A stretch of DNA of 63,157 bases, counting the filler, from Trichosphaerium sp. ATCC 40318 (Eukaryota; Protista; Tubulinea), in assembly GCA_038496445.1 (NCBI GenBank). It is 3 parts of 3 records of this genome, joined end to end, with 100 filler letters (N's around TTAATTAATTAA, not from the genome) between each part and the next. Parts side by side here need not be neighbours in the genome. Positions count along the whole stretch, not along the records: positions 20,844 to 47,702 come from JALMLS010000292.1; 2 more parts are not named here. The stretch is one strand, 5' to 3'. Every line of letters starts with the position of its first letter. Positions within the stretch are counted from its first letter, which is position 1. Both the position numbers and the translations under genes were made by a program. Below, one piece after another: positions 26,851 to 38,181 of the stretch. The notes under the pieces are model-generated. The model was not told the origin of the DNA. It searched no databases and worked only from the letters and a program-made list of their open reading frames with translations.

Positions 26851-28140
26851 ATGCTTGATGCTACTATAGTACAAAAGTACGCAGATGAAGGCGCTGTGTG
26901 TCTTAGAAACGTTATTTCAAAAGAATGGCTTGATAAACTAGAACGCGGTGTACAAACTGTTCTAGATAACCCAAGTGATCTTTCCGAAACATTATCTAAC
27001 AATGCTGACGCGAGCGGTACGGTTTTCCGTTTTATTTGATCAAACAATAAATCGATCGATAGGAGCATGGTTTTTTAATGATTTATGTACTTGGAGAAGC
27101 GTTCCTGAATTCAGAAAGTTTATTTTTGAATCTCCAATGTCAAAAATTGCCAAGCAACTCATGAAAACAGAAAAAGTCAATTTTTATCATGATCACGTGC
27201 TTGTAAAGACTCCAGGAACATCAAGGTAATTTGCCTATTAAGGCTTTATGTTATTGCTTATTTTCATGCAACTCTTGATGAGGTCGAGAATCATGTTGAG
27301 GAGCATGCTCGCACACATGTTTTTTTTTTGTTGTCGAAATGTGAAGACTAGGTTTTTTTTTTTGAATTTTTTTCTTGTAGGGATACTCCTTGGCATCATG
27401 ATCAAAGTTATTATCCAGTAGACGGTAAACAGAGTGTATCTTTTTGGATACCGTTGGATAATATATCTAAAAATGGTAACTGTGTGAAGTACATAAAGGG
27501 AAGTCACAAGTATCTTTTTGAACTATTCATTACTCTTATTCAACTACTTCTTTGTTCTTTACCTTTTTCTTAACTGATATTGATGGAATAAATGGTAAGG
27601 GAGGGTTAATACAATTATTGTGCATAGAGTCATTGCAGGGATGGGAAGCACTAAGTGTGGTGTTAGGTTCATTCCACGCAAATTTGAAACTCTTCAAAAT
27701 TATACCATTTCAAAGGAAGACTCAGATTGGTCACTACATGGATATGAACCACTCATAGACAGCAATATTAATGATGGAATAAATGAGGGTAAATATGAAA
27801 CACTTGGATGGGACATGAAGCCAGGAGGTAACCACCAAAAAAATCATTATTCATTTAACTTGCTTTTTAGATGTGATTGCGTTTCACTTCAAGGCTCTCC
27901 ATGGAGCTCCTGGTAATCCTTTAACTTCTTTGAGGCGTGCAGTAGCATTTAGGTTCACAGGTAAGCCCATTGAGATTCCACAGTTTCTAACGCCTGTAAG
28001 GTGATGATGCTACCATTTCAAAGAAACGTCCGTGGGTTGTTTCTCCTCCAAAGTACGGCGGAAAACAGCATGGAGAGATATTGGACTCCGATGAATTTCC
28101 TGTGGTACTAGCTGGTGACTCAAATGTAAGTCAACAATAA
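26851..28140 (+). CDS. Phytanoyl-CoA dioxygenase (PhyH)-family Fe(II)/2OG dioxygenase
   Basis: YHDHVLVKTPG..TPWHHDQSYY (HxD), VSFWIPLD, WDMKPGD, HGAPGN..RRAVAFRF. Confidence 0.88.
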
Positions 28141-28245
28141 TGTCGTGCTGGCAGTCATTAAACAGAACAGTAGTATTATTACTATCTCAAATAAAGTAAA
28201 CACAACTAACATTTATTTCCTACACTAAGATCTATTCCTCTTTTT

Positions 28246-29406
28246 TTACAAAATGCCCAAAGTACACTTGTAAGCAAACTTCTTACGTCCAGCTTTTGAC
28301 ACTTTAGCACCATCAATATTGAAAGCCTTGACATGTTCTAAGTATTCTAATCCTTTTTCTGTTATTTCTGTACGCCATAGGTAAAGGTTCTCGACGTTTT
28401 TGATAAACTGCATGTCATTGTCTGTCACATTTGTGCAGTTCAAATTCAATGACACCAAATCATTCAAGTGTGCAAAATACTTCCCCTCCAAACTCTTACA
28501 ACCCATCAAGCTTAACTCGCGAACGTTTTTCAGATGTTCAAATCCGCTGCCTGTCAAGAGAGTAAAACCCAGTAGTAGAATTGTAACATTACCAAGATGT
28601 TGTAACATATCATCTCTAACATTGGAGCAATCGAGACTAACTTGGTGTGAGTGCCCGAGACACTCACAAGCATCATCAGTAACATGTGTCGTGCTGCCAA
28701 AGTGGATTGAGTATGCACCCTGAATGTGTGCCAACCCACGTGCTGTTAGGGTTTTTGTATGTGACACGCTAATTGTGTGCACTCCTTTGAGATGGCGCAA
28801 TCCTTCATCTGTAATTTTGGCAGCACCCAAGAGGATAGTGTGTACTCCTGATAAATATGGTAGGCTCTCATCGGTGACTCTGGTCCAACCCAAATCAACA
28901 TCGTGTGCGCCTTTCAGGTACTTGAAGCCTTCGTCAGTCACGTTTGGAGCGTTCCAAAGAGATATGGTATGTACTCCTTCCAGATACTTTAAGTACTTGT
29001 CGGTAACTTGGCTTTCTCTCAAACTAATGTTGCGCACACCATTGAGGTATTTAATAGCTCTGAAATCACGTTTTCCATCCAATACTACCTCAGAGTGTTG
29101 CAAGAGATATGGGTGCTTTGCCAGCAGTCTTGCGCCTTTAGTTGAATTGATGTAAACGCGCTTATAACCAACCAAGGAGTGAATTATTAGGGATAGGTAA
29201 ACAGATGATATTGATACCCTGAACCGGTCTACATCGCGCAGTGGTTCGAAAATAAGGCATAAAATCTCCTTTGGTAGCGGTGTTATAATATCTTCAAAAC
29301 TACTGTGTTCTGAGTTGCTTCTACAACGTCGATGCCTCCTGTGGCTGTTTTTTCTTCTCTTTGACCTTGAACGATGATAGCTACGTTCATACTTCCGTGA
29401 TGACAT
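28246..29406 (-). CDS. Intronless F-box + leucine-rich repeat protein
   Basis: LPKEILCLIFEPL F-box; about 11 repeats of 22-23 aa (VHTISL..VTDEGLKYL); Arg-rich basic N-terminus. Confidence 0.88.
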   Translation of the reverse strand: MSSRKYERSYHRSRSKRRKNSHRRHRRCRSNSEHSSFEDIITPLPKEILCLIFEPLRDVDRFRVSISSVYLSLIIHSLVGYKRVYINSTKGARLLAKHPYLLQHSEVVLDGKRDFRAIKYLNGVRNISLRESQVTDKYLKYLEGVHTISLWNAPNVTDEGFKYLKGAHDVDLGWTRVTDESLPYLSGVHTILLGAAKITDEGLRHLKGVHTISVSHTKTLTARGLAHIQGAYSIHFGSTTHVTDDACECLGHSHQVSLDCSNVRDDMLQHLGNVTILLLGFTLLTGSGFEHLKNVRELSLMGCKSLEGKYFAHLNDLVSLNLNCTNVTDNDMQFIKNVENLYLWRTEITEKGLEYLEHVKAFNIDGAKVSKAGRKKFAYKCTLGIL

Positions 29407-29535
29407 TGTGCAGAGGTCAATGTCGTACAAAAGCCTCCAAAAGAACAGATTTCGAAGAAATACAACATGCCGCCAAATTTCGCGAAATGTAGTGCAAACC
29501 ATGCTTTGACTTGAAATGGCGGTAATTTACTTTAG

Positions 29536-29593
29536 GGTTAAGCTATCTGCTAAAGGACTCACTATCAGTAGAATGCACGTGTCTTTGATCTTA
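29536..29593 (+). repeat. About 60-bp dispersed repeat, copy A
   Basis: GGTTAAGCTAyCTGyTAAAGGACTCACTATmAGTAGAAwGCACGTG shared with 36302-36362. Confidence 0.8.
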
Positions 29594-31737
29594 GGCTTGG
29601 TGGAAAGGTCAAATACTTTACAATTTTAACCAAAGTCCAAAGCAAATGCTGCGTATTTACTGCTACCTCGCTACACCGTTTATATTTTCTGTCGTGATTT
29701 ACATAATCACAGTAAGTTTGGCGCTCAGTTCTTCATGACAAACCAATATTGGCTCAGCCAAATAGAAACAGTATTTGACTATAACGTGTTCCCTAAATGT
29801 ATGTATAATGTTGTTAACTTGGTACGTCCCTCACTTTAACTTCAAATTGTAAAGAAAAGAGTTTATACTACTTATTACATGGGGTTATCTGGCGGTACAG
29901 TTTCATTACTTAGAGAGAATTTTATTAAGCAGTTCCACTTCTTGTATACACGCACACATGCGTGGGGATCATGTTTTAATTGTTTTTATTGTGCTTTTTT
30001 GACTTTGAACGTCAAAAAAAAATCAACTCTGATTCTGCATAAAAAAAATTTATTTTTGCGGAGAAGATTTTAAAATACTATTTTCTCCTCCTGTTATGCC
30101 TTTTCAATGTTGATACCACTATCGTATGTCTCACTTGGAATGTTGTGTCTGTTGTGAATACCTAAGGGCTGCTACAGGCTTTTGAGTCACAGTACAATTA
30201 AAAAATACCCAATAGCACATGGGAAGCTTTCTTTGCTTGTTAGACATGCATAGCACACGGCTAAAAGCATTTGCGTGCAGTCATTGTGTGAATGAAAATG
30301 CAGTTGTGTTAAAGGTACGTTCAAAACCATTAAACGGCAGCCATAACGCGTCAAATATTATAACACATTAATGACTACCCGTTCTGAGAGTATGGCTGCC
30401 GTTTTATGGTTTGTCTTTGAGATTTCGCCTAAATATCCCATCTCAACTATTTTTTTGTACTACAAAAAGTTATTAATACACTTTCTGAGGTATGCAGGGA
30501 CAAATTCATGCCTAGTGAACCGTTTATAAACTCAAATTAAAAAATACCAAAAATAGTCCATCAAACCACTCAACAATCATGCCCACACAAGGACAGGCGT
30601 TTGGGGTTTGAGTGCAATGAACCAATTGAAGAAGTTGCCGCAGGTCAGCACAAAACATTGTCAAGAATGTCAAAATACCGTCATATGCACGCTTTCATTC
30701 AAAAATGGTATGTGGGAGGGTACAGAGTTAAAGTAACAACGTTTAAAAGTAGTGAACAGCCAAAAAACTTAAAATTTTGGGCAATTGGATAGCGACTTTA
30801 TTGCTAGCCAAACTCCTTCCAATGATACTACAGTGTACACGGCAATTGATTGGAGCTTTTTAGATTACTATTATGGAACAGGGGATGAGACTTTTCGCGT
30901 ATAATTTGTAAAAATCACATGTAAAAACTTAAGCAACTCATGGAGATATTGCACAATAATTTTGAACACTCTAATTATAACAGAATATGCCCGACATATA
31001 GTAGATAATGTACAAAAAATAAATTCACGTTTTTGTTTACTGCTAAGGACTTGGCGATTTTTTTTCCAAATGGGAACTACATAATAAAATTCTCTCTAGT
31101 AATACGTTCTATTAAAATAATCCACATTTCAATTTTTAGGGAAAAAATCACATGAAGTTTAAAAAAGCCTTCAACGTTTACCAATATGCGTGTAGGTGCT
31201 ACTCAAACCAAAAAGAAGATATCTCACTAAAGGGGAATAAAAAGGGTACGAGGGTACAGAAACTACCTAATTTTAACGCTAGCATAGTTGACTAAAATGT
31301 TTGCTTCAAAAATTGTTTGCTGTGTTTTAAAAATCACGTGTGTTCTAAATAAAACGCTTTGCAACTATTACTCCGGCAAAACAAACCGCGCAATGGTATG
31401 AATTGTGCGTACTTATAACTTTTTTGAAAATAACTACCATCTGCCAAAGAATTTTCGTCAGTCACAAAAAGGGTACATCCTGGTGACAGCTAATGTCCAG
31501 TATAGTTTTAGGGCGAGTTGATGATAATATCTTGCCAAGTCAGCAAGAGGTCCGCTTTGTTGAAAGAAACAAGCTAGGTAACCTCTTGTAACTACTGTAC
31601 CAATAAATTTTTGTTTCTTAGTGCACAACAGATTAAAAAAAAAGGTGTAGGCGAACCGTTTTTTGTTTGTGAATACTAACGAAGTATTGTGTATCACAAT
31701 TATTTTGTAGTATCCTTTGTAACTATTTCCAAAAGAT

Positions 31738-34700
31738 ATGGCAACACGTTACTTTTTATTATTCGCTTTAGTGGCGACGGTATCCCTTCACCAATGTGCA
31801 GTACTTTTTGCGGACACCAACGGTAGGAGTAATTAATTCCACGTACAGCAGAGGGTGTATATTAACAGTACTATTGTAGGTGTAGATAATGGCAACTGTC
31901 GTTTGAACCCATGTAAATCCTTGAGATATGCCTTGTTTTCTGAAGCGATATCTGATGACGTGATAAAGCTTGGTGCCGGATTGTATGCGGGTAAGACAGA
32001 ACAGTTTCAATAATTATTAAATAGTTTTGTACAAGGCAATAATACCAACCTCACGGTTAGTGTTCTGAATCTGTCCAAAATTACGATTGAAGGTACGTTT
32101 ATGGTTTTGACTCACACTAAATTACCAAACTTTTGTTGTTATGACACGTGGTAGGAAGTGGTGATTTAGATACTATTATTGATGGCGAAGATACCAATTA
32201 CTTTATGAATGTAACGACTTTTGGTGTTAATATTACACTCTCAAACCTTATAATTCAACAGATGGACTGTCCTAGGTTTGTACGTACAACATACAATTAA
32301 CACTGAGTTTAACAATATTGAAACCCCTCTTTAGCATTTCAATAACAGTAACTATGATATCGCTTCGGTACTTACAACACGAGGTGGGCATGTTGACATT
32401 AGGTACAGCTTTGCAAAACTGCAAAATATTGGAAGTTTTTTTACCCAACACGTGGCTTTATTCGTAGCAAACCTACACCTGTTCTTGTAGATTTCTTAGG
32501 ACCACACCGGTTACTTAGCTTTCGCTTTGTCGATTGTAGGACAGCTAGGTTACTAAATATTTAAAGCCCTGATAGCAAGGGCACAGGCGTACAGCAACGT
32601 GTTTTTTAGTTGAATAGCTGTAAGACCGTAAAACTAGATAAGCGAGTCGTGTAAATTGTATCCGCGAGCTCAAAAGCATGTTTTTTTTTGACGAATTATT
32701 TGGTTTGAGTGAATAGTAACTGTTATTTCGTTTCACGGGTATTTCTCATCGAGATGCTTCTTTTTGATACTACTTGTATCCATTACAATACGTCTATTCT
32801 AACTGGTACTATCGCAGGGACTGTCTTTTTCGTCGAAATGTATGCGACAACGGTATTACATACAGCATACTATACAATCAAGGAGGCTCTATGTTATTGA
32901 AAGGGTTGGAGGACATTTGAACTTGTAGTTTTAGTGATAACTCTTTAGAGTACATTTTGAAAGAAACTCAGCAAGTGTTCGCGTTTTCAACTCATCACTA
33001 GTTGTTGAAAGTTCCACCTTCGTAGATGGAAGAGCGTACGAAGGTGCCGCTTTCAAAATAAATTGTTTCTGACGGTTTAAGGGCAAATTTATGGGCAAAC
33101 ATCGAATGTGATTGTAAAGAATAGCAGCTTTTTATTTTGTTCATATCTTGGAATCAGTATGTTTACCACGTTTTTTTGGAGTTAATTGTTCTAGCAATGG
33201 CATTTTATCCAGGCCCCTTCTCAACTTTACACATTTCAGATTCTACATTTACAAACAACACAGCTGCATACCTTAGTGGGGCAGTATGGGTGACTCATGG
33301 GGACACCTCAATACAAGGCTGCACTTTCAGGTAAAATAAAATGATCTAAAACGCTGATGCAGTTGTAGTAATTACATCGCTCATAATGTTGGTGTAGTAT
33401 ACAACGGGTATGGCTTTTTCTCAATGCAAGACTGCACTTTCAGGTAAATAAATGAGTGTAGAAAAAATGAATAGCGCTTATGCAGTTGTAGTAATAACAC
33501 CGCTCGTGGCGTTGGAACACTAAGACTGAAAGCAGATAAAATTGAAGTAGAAAATAACATATTCAAGAACAATATTGGACCAGGCACTACCATGTACCAT
33601 AACATACGCTGATAGAATCTAGCTATCTCATTCGAGCACAGTATACCTACACTCGGTTATTTAAAATACACTACAGTATCAAACAACACGTTCGAAAATA
33701 CCAATCCAGCTGATTTTGATTACTTGTTACCAGGGATTACTGGAGGTACCTTTTCTATTTGTAGCTGTTTTAATGACGTGTTGTTCAGGCAATATGTTTA
33801 GCACATTACGTATACCACTGTTTTCAAATTGGGTCAAAGAGAAATCAGATACTGTCGAACATCTGGTTATTGACAGTGGCTTTCTGAATTTTTCAAAGGA
33901 TGGAGTGTTGGAAGTGTATTCGAGTTTAAATGCTGAACGTGGACGAATTTATGTACTGTTGTTGAAATAACAACGATGCACTGCTTAACTTGTAATTTAG
34001 GGAACGTTTTCTAACCTCGAGAAACAGCTCATACTCAAACACAATTGCACCTCCTCAGTTTCTGGCATGATATTAGATTCCATAGGAATAGAAAACAAAG
34101 GTACATGTCTTAGTTGAAGATCACATGATTAACCTTGTAAACTAGGATCAATGAGCTTGCATACTTTATTATTAAGCACAATATTTATCCCTCATACTAC
34201 TATTGTTAACCTCGAATATGGCACTTTGAGAATTGCACCAGAGATGTTTGTTCATGGACAAGAAAGCTGTTTGAAAATGCTTCAAAACTCGAAATTAGTT
34301 GTTGACGTAAGTGTATGGTCATGTCAACTTGCTTACGAATATGTAGGGACGTGTAGCCCTAAAATCCACCGATATTCTTATTAGCCCTCACAGCAGGTTC
34401 AATATTACACTGGGCAAGTCTTATTTGGCCATCACTGAATCAAATATTACTATTAGTAAGTGTCATCGTTTACAGCCTTCGATTTATTTTTGTTTAGTGG
34501 GTACACTGTTTGTATTAATACCAACTTCAACACCCGTTCTACTATTTGACATATTCCCTTTGATTGAATTCTCTGAAGGGTCAAGTATTATATTTAATGG
34601 AACTATGATTGTTGACCACAGCAGTACTTTGCCATTTTTGACCACACTAGTGTTTTCAAATAGTTCCATGTCAATTCAGATGGTGGAACGAGAACAAATC

Positions 34701-36009
34701 TTAAAAGCTTGGAGGTGGATTGATGCTACGACTATAATAGGAATATCAGTTGGCTGCATTGGATTGCTTTTAACTCTGTCTGTAGTCACTGTTGTATTAT
34801 ACTTTTGGTATGTTGTTAAAATCATATCCTAAACGGCAGTAACTAAAGTAGGAAATCTTCTCCAATATTGAGGGCATCAACATCAGAACTACTTTTGGTC
34901 ATACTTGTTGGTATCGGCTTGTTGTATTGTGGCACTATTGTTTGGTATGGCAGTAGTTCCTTGGTTTGTATACTAAAACTAACTCATTAAAGGAGTGCTC
35001 CTATATCTGATGCTATCTGTGAGTTGCGGATATGGATTCCATTGATGGGATTTATTACTACTATGGCGTACGCTTTATTTCAGTAGAACTACAATAGTTT
35101 GAACTAACCACAACTTTAAGGCCGCTTGTGGCGAAAACTTACAGAATTCACAGGATATTTAACACCCTTAAGAAACGTCCCACTTATGTTGTTGCAGTGC
35201 CTCTAATAGATGTGGTTAAACTAACAGCTGCATTAATTTGCGGTCAAATAGTATCCTTATGCCAAGCTTTTGTTTGTTTCGTTTTAGATTCTCCTTAAAC
35301 TTGTTAAGATTGCTTTAATTATGTGGTCGGCAATGTCTCCAAACCGAATTGGTTACACACCAGATCCAAACAATAGCAACACTAAACTTGCACACTGCAA
35401 GAGTAGATACGCTAGCGTATTTCTGATTATCACTATCCTATACAATGTACCAATCTATTGGTACTTCATTTTATTAACAATTGTTTAGGGAATAATATTG
35501 ATTGTTGGTTCATATCTTGCATTTGCTGTCCGCAAGGCTCCAAGTATTTATAATGAATCACGTTGGTTGGGAGCAGCTATTTATGATATGTTTGTATGGG
35601 CGCTGATACTTGTTGGGTTGGGATACGCCATCACGTCACCATCACTTCTTAAAAGTGTGAGTATTCTCTTCTCAATTGCAATTTGGATAAGTACAACAGG
35701 TAAATCACAAACAACTTTGGACCTAATTACTAAATCTTGTTCTTTAGTGACTCTTGCTGTTATCTTTGCGCCAAAGTTGTATGTCATTTTCTTTGGCAAT
35801 GACGTACCTCTCAGTTCTCAACAGTAAGTACTATGTGCTCATAATGAGCTAATGTAGTTAGGCAACATTCGCTTGATTTCGGTGCTTTGGACATGTGCAA
35901 TGAACCTGATTTGAAGAAGAGAATCAAAAAACTAGAGGCCGAGAATCAAAGTTTACAAACCGAAAATCAAAGCTTGCATGCTCGCCTTTCAACGAGCAGT
36001 ACCAATTGA
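31738..36009 (+). CDS. Class C (GABA-B/Grl-like) GPCR with beta-helix-like ectodomain and C-terminal coiled coil
   Basis: Signal peptide; NPCKSLRYA and CTFSNN.A..G repeats; 7tm_3 motifs SPILRAS, CELRIWI, LVAKTYRIHRIF, YNESRWLG, IFAPKLY; tail LKKRIKKLEAENQSL. Confidence 0.85.
35251..35308 (+). other. U12-type (minor spliceosome) GT-AG intron
   Basis: Donor GTATCCTT; branch TTCTCCTTAAAC just upstream of AG; removal gives in-frame TM4 ..ICGQI|IALIMWSAMSP. Confidence 0.8.
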
Positions 36010-36301
36010 TAGTGATACACCCTCATTCTTTATTGTTTATTTAACAATTTGGTTATGAATAAAACCTTTAGTTTTGTCATTAAGTGGTTGCCTTAACCAA
36101 TGTTGATAGTCACTAGACCTTATTTGAAGTAGACCATTAGGTGCAACTTGAATTGCCTAGCTGGCGCAACGGTTATTCTAACAATACTATTTTTGTGTTT
36201 TTGAGAAGAGGACTTCCTGAAAGTTGAACAATGCGACAGTCCTCTGACTTCGTTTTTCGCTCACGTTGTTATCTTCTTGCACAAGATTTAGAATGTTTCT
36301 A

Positions 36302-36362
36302 GGTTAAGCTACCTGTTAAAGGACTCACTATAAGTAGAAAGCACGTGACTTTTTTGGTCTTA
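36302..36362 (+). repeat. About 60-bp dispersed repeat, copy B
   Basis: About 85% identical to 29536-29593, direct orientation. Confidence 0.8.
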
Positions 36363-36755
36363 CCATCACATACAGTATTCTATAAAAAGATCTGCGAAAT
36401 CCTACTTTAGCTTCCGTGTTCACACCATCCTTTACTCTCTATCTAATAGGAGAAAACATTATTTTCAAAGCACGAACACATGATACTCTTTGAAATATTT
36501 ATAGTGTTTGATCAATTACCTATTGCAATACATGAATATGTTGGATCGTTGTACTGATCAGAACCATATTTGGTTATCTTCTCAACTTAGAAAAGTCAAA
36601 ACACGTGATTTCGTCGAAATATAGCATAGAATAGTAGTAACTGGCTCAAAAATATTGTATCTTAGGTGACCATGGAACTAGTTGGAAATGTTATAATCTC
36701 TGTAAATAGCAAAGCTTTGACGCGTATGCTATACTTTCCTCGTCTCTGAAACCTT

Positions 36756-37510
36756 TAGAGGTGGCAAATACCGGTCCGATACCGGTCCGGTTTCAATATA
36801 TCGGTTTTCGGTCCTTAACCGGTCCGTGATTTAGAACAAGAGCAGTATTCATTCAGTGAACATAAAAGTTGTTGGCTTCTTTTTGAACCACCACTGACTT
36901 TATTTTGAATAAAAGTAGCCTGAAACGCCTTAAAATTGAGAGTTCTACACATAGAGTGGTTGAAGGCCCTCAATCAGCCCGTTTTAACAAAATTACGGTT
37001 TAGCGCGGTAAAACAAGGTCACGCTGGCCTAACCGCTACTTTTTTTGTGTCAAAATGTGCCTGTGGTGACGTTATTTTGACATTTGGAACAAAATCACGT
37101 GCTGTTAGCTACTTTCTACACTTTCACCCAAACATCTTTTTATCACTTTGTGCGCGTAGAGAAACATATCAATGCATTACTTACGCGAAATAATAGTATC
37201 TAAACTATTTTAGGTGTATGAAAAAAAAAAAGTGGTGAAATTCAAACCTGCCACAAAAAGTGTACAGCCACCTTATGTGCATGCACACAGTGAGTAGGTC
37301 AATAGATGGAGGGTTCTGAGATTTTGTGACAGGGACCGTTTGGACCGATAAAAATCCAAGGGAGTACCCTTTGACAAAAATTCCTTTTTCGGCTATTTTT
37401 CCGATTTTCCAAGGTACTCCCTTTGACAGCGGACCGTTTGGACCGTTTACGGACCGGTCTTTTGCGTTTCGGTCCCGAACCGGTTCGGACCGGTATTTCT
37501 GCCATCTCTA
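36756..37510. mobile_element. 755-bp hAT-family MITE with 8-bp TSD
   Basis: Imperfect TIRs TAGAGGTGGCAAATACCGGTCCGA / TAGAGATGGCAGAAATACCGGTCCGA; ACCGGTCC/GGACCG subterminal repeats; exact TSD GAAACCTT at 36748-36755 and 37511-37518. Confidence 0.93.
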
Positions 37511-38181
37511 GAAACCTTGTACGCAGATTACTATTTATTACTGCTAAACTATTTACTGTTCGTCTATATTACCTATGGCTGTAAATGCCGGTGTGAAGAC
37601 GGTATCTAAATGACTGCTGGTTAAATCGAAAACAAAATACAAGACTGAATTACTTTTTACCTAGCTCTGGTCGTATATATACGTACTTGTACATACCACT
37701 GAGTTAATTCCACGCTTGTTCAGTGGTTTTTAATAAAACTCCGTTCAAACAAGAAACACGTGCCTCGAGACGGCAGAGAATTAACTTATGATTATTAATT
37801 TGAAGAATTAGAGTGAAGTGACTTTGTTCATATCTTCTCGTAAACGACCATTCCGAGAGTGTATCAATAACAAGCAATACCCGGAGTTTGAATAAAAAGA
37901 AATAGATACGGAAAGAGAGCGTAGACACGCAAACTTGGCCGCACATTTCTGTTAACTTTTCAGTTTTACTTTTACTCAGTTTTTACTCTAGCGGTCCTAG
38001 CGTCACATTCACATTGGTATTTTTTCTCACACCAACTTCCCATTATTTATGACCTAACGATACTGTGATAAACTCGACTTGTAGCGAACAACTTTTGTAA
38101 ATTCTGCAAACTGTGCTTGACTTCGCATTATTGCTTAAAACGAACATAAATAACACCTTCAACCTTCAAATACTGCTTCCT

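Noticed and set aside
29600-31700. 2-kb non-genic stretch with short ORFs and AAAATCACrTG repeats
   Set aside because: Possibly transposon debris, but no TIR, TSD or recognisable protein.
31710-31735. GTATCCTTT as a U12 donor before the GPCR ATG
   Set aside because: Only 26 nt to the next AG, and the G overlaps the acceptor of a likely upstream U2 intron.
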